Positions 62,107 to 64,000 of a DNA stretch of 64,000 nt are shown here, piece after piece. The stretch comes from Patescibacteria group bacterium (GTDB taxonomy: Bacteria > Patescibacteriota > Patescibacteriia > UBA9934 > GWF2-40-263). A program made the translations under genes and the position numbers. The notes beneath the pieces are model-generated. The model saw only the letters and a program-made list of their open reading frames with translations. It made no database searches and was not told the DNA's origin. Position 1 is the first letter of the stretch, and each line of letters starts with the position of its first letter. Location: the NCBI GenBank assembly GCA_004297215.1, contig SCUM01000001.1, positions 400-64,399 on the forward strand, written 5' to 3'.

Positions 62107-62159
62107 AGGATAGCGGATGCCGGATGCCATGGCAAGGGACATGGTAGGATGGGGCACCT

Positions 62160-62675
62160 ATGCATTGGCTGGCGCTTATCGGTCTGTTTCTCCTCGCCTC
62201 GGTCGCGTATGCGGCTTGGCGCGGGGCGCCGTGGGTGCCCACCTGGCGGCGCGACCTGGACCGTCTGGCCGGCCTTGCCGCTCTCAAGCCCGGGGAGCAC
62301 TTCGTGGAGCTCGGGTGCGGCGACGCCCGCGTGTGCGTCGAGATGGCGCGCCGGTCCGGCGCGCGCGCGACCGGGGTCGAGCTCGGGCTGCCGCAATGGG
62401 CCGCCGCCCGCCTGCGAGCCTGGCACTCGCGGCTTCCCGTGCAGATCGCGCTTGGCGACGCGTTTTCCTTTCCGCTCGCGGACGCGGACGTGGCATATCT
62501 CTTCCTCATGCCAGACGCGCTCGCGAAGCTCGCTCCCAAGCTCGCGGCGGAGCTGCGACCGGGCGCCCGGGTGGTGAGCTACGTGTGGCCCGTGCCGGGG
62601 ATGCAGGTGGTGCGGGAAGATCATGTGGAGGGATCGCCGGTGATCTTCCTACAGGTGAAAAAACTTGAAACGTGA
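62160..62675 (+). CDS. Class I SAM-dependent methyltransferase (small, membrane-anchored)
   Basis: Motif I VELGCGDARV plus an acidic post-I motif. The last codons and the stop lie inside the AAAACTTGAA repeat. Confidence 0.6.
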   Translation: MHWLALIGLFLLASVAYAAWRGAPWVPTWRRDLDRLAGLAALKPGEHFVELGCGDARVCVEMARRSGARATGVELGLPQWAAARLRAWHSRLPVQIALGDAFSFPLADADVAYLFLMPDALAKLAPKLAAELRPGARVVSYVWPVPGMQVVREDHVEGSPVIFLQVKKLET

Positions 62676-62786
62676 AAACTTGAAACGGTGAAAGGACACG
62701 AGAAAACATGAAACCTTTGAAACGTTTCATCTTTCATCCTTTCCCAAAAACTTTCAAGATTTCAAGTTTTCATGTTTCAAGTTTTC
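62656..62786. repeat. Palindromic element of the AAAACTTGAAACGTGAAAACTTGAA family (near-copy of 7774-7915)
   Basis: aaaaacttgaaacgtgaaaacttgaaacgg pairs with ctttcaagatttcaagttttcatgtttcaagtttt. The AT-rich core holds an inner inverted repeat atgaaacc/cgtttcat. Confidence 0.65.
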
Positions 62787-62843
62787 CCCCTTGGCATTCC
62801 CAAGGGCTGTGCGTATAATCGCCGCAAACACCTTATTGACGTT

Positions 62844-63290
62844 ATGACGATTGACCAACTCCTCTCCGCATCCATCGGGACCGAATGCACCGTGCACAAC
62901 GAGCCGTTCGCCTACGTCGGCCGCGCCGACGTCACCCTCGACGGGGGCGACGTGCGACGCTGGCTCTATGGCGGGGGCGGCGACGTCCTCGCCATCTCTC
63001 CCGACGACGAGGAGATCATCCTGTTCAAGGTCGTCGAGGAGGAGCTGGAGCCCCAGGGCGACACCGTGCTCTACGGCGGCAAGGAATACGAGTTCAGTTA
63101 CGAGGATTCCGGCATCGTTTCCGGCGTGGAAGGGGACGCCTCCGAGGAGTGCGAGGACCGCCTCACGTTCAGCGAATACCAATCCGAGGACGGCGAACGC
63201 CTCCGCCTGGTGACCAGCGAGAACCGGAGCGAGACCTCGGCGTACCTCGGCACGACCGTCGTGGAGGAGGACATCCTCCCGATCGAATGA
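62844..63290 (+). CDS. Hypothetical acidic protein (148 aa)
   Basis: Start placed after the repeat element. No recognised domain. Confidence 0.35.
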   Translation: MTIDQLLSASIGTECTVHNEPFAYVGRADVTLDGGDVRRWLYGGGGDVLAISPDDEEIILFKVVEEELEPQGDTVLYGGKEYEFSYEDSGIVSGVEGDASEECEDRLTFSEYQSEDGERLRLVTSENRSETSAYLGTTVVEEDILPIE

Positions 63291-63299
63291 CCGCGCCGC

Positions 63300-64000
63300 A
63301 TGGGGGATGAGCGCCGATCACGCTGGAAACCGCGTACCGCGACGGGCGATCGGCGCACCGGCGTGTTCCGCGGCCTCATGGCGCTGTTCGCCGTCGCGCT
63401 CGTGGGGAAGCTGTTCCTCCTGCAGGTGATGGACCACCCGCTGTACGCGGCGCTCGCGAGCGGCCAGCACGGCATCTTCCAGCGGCTGTTCCCCAGCCGC
63501 GGCGACATCCTCATCCACGACCTCAAGGACGACGCGCTCATCCCGGCGGCCACCAACCAGCGCCTCGCCATCGTCTTTGCCGACCCGCGAGGCGTGGAGG
63601 ACCCGGAAAAGACCGCCGCGCTCGTGGGCGAGGCGTTCGGGTACGACGAGGAGAAGGTGGCGTCGCTCGCGCGGCGGCTGTCGCGCCGCGACGACCCCTA
63701 CGAGCCGATCGAACGCCGCGTTCCTGAAGCGACGCTCGCGCGCGTGCTCGCGCTCGCGCTTCCCGGGATACGGGTCGCGAGCGAGGAGACGCGCTTTTAC
63801 CCGGAGAAGGAACTGGGCGGGCACGTGTTCGGGTTCCTGGGGCCAGACGACGACGGCGCGATGACCGGAAAATACGGCATCGAAGGCTGGTTTGACGAGG
63901 AGCTTGCCGGCACGCCCGGGTACCTGAAGAGCGAGCGCGACATCAGCGGGCGCATCATCGCGGTCGGGGAGCAGTCGGTGATGCCGGCCGTTCCCGGGTC
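63300..64000 (+). CDS. ftsI: Penicillin-binding protein / peptidoglycan D,D-transpeptidase FtsI (N-terminal part; runs off the window end)
   Basis: Signal anchor LMALFAVALVGKLFLLQV and PBP dimerisation-domain motifs GGHVFGFLGPDDDGAMTGKYGIEGWFDEELAGTPGY. No stop before the window end. Confidence 0.7.
   Translation, partial: MGDERRSRWKPRTATGDRRTGVFRGLMALFAVALVGKLFLLQVMDHPLYAALASGQHGIFQRLFPSRGDILIHDLKDDALIPAATNQRLAIVFADPRGVEDPEKTAALVGEAFGYDEEKVASLARRLSRRDDPYEPIERRVPEATLARVLALALPGIRVASEETRFYPEKELGGHVFGFLGPDDDGAMTGKYGIEGWFDEELAGTPGYLKSERDISGRIIAVGEQSVMPAVPG

Overview
This 64-kb window is high-GC (about 65%), gene-dense bacterial DNA. The lineage is uncertain, but several traits are reminiscent of Patescibacteria/CPR-like genomes: weak Shine-Dalgarno use, ATGA start/stop overlaps, a TIGR02436-type four-helix-bundle gene, long-form RmlA and TruD.

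Content from 5' to 3':
- 1-4533: three tandem paralogous secreted Cys-rich proteins with Gly-Glu repeats, MopE-like repeats and a shared C-terminal domain.
- 4.6-24.1 kb: a large cell-envelope polysaccharide locus. It holds an O-antigen-ligase-like protein, five GT4 and two GT2 glycosyltransferases, a DUF2304-like membrane protein, a UXS-like dehydratase and, further on, rfbB, rfbD and a long-form rfbA. Embedded in it are a four-helix-bundle cassette, an excisionase-type HTH gene, an ECF sigma / anti-sigma pair, a 1292-aa secreted acidic protein, a TPR protein and an S8 subtilase.
- 24.3-32.9 kb: truD and a translationally coupled block of membrane proteins (CDP-alcohol phosphatidyltransferase, GT-C-like polytopic proteins).
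- 32.9-51.7 kb: housekeeping genes, including HIT, ctp (S41 protease), two NUDIX hydrolases, HU, hflX, rpmB, a LOG-family protein, a GT28-like glycosyltransferase, a sensor histidine kinase, a glycoside hydrolase and a flavoprotein disulfide oxidoreductase.
- 51.7-56.2 kb: a DEDD exonuclease and an unusual class I ribonucleotide reductase operon. It encodes an ATP-cone / NrdJ-C-terminal-like / NrdB fusion followed by a cone-less NrdA.
- 56.2-59.4 kb: a low-GC island carrying a C5-cytosine methyltransferase, a putative restriction endonuclease and two small proteins.
- 59.4-64.0 kb: a GlmU-N-like nucleotidyltransferase, mgtE, tRNA-Pro(CGG), a SAM methyltransferase and a partial ftsI.

The most unusual aspect is the non-coding DNA. 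At least five families of short palindromic or sub-unit-structured repeats sit exactly at gene junctions. They often supply the last codons of the upstream gene and end right at the downstream ATG, and one pair flanks the low-GC four-helix-bundle gene like terminal inverted repeats.

Every call here is read from the sequence alone; no database search was run.
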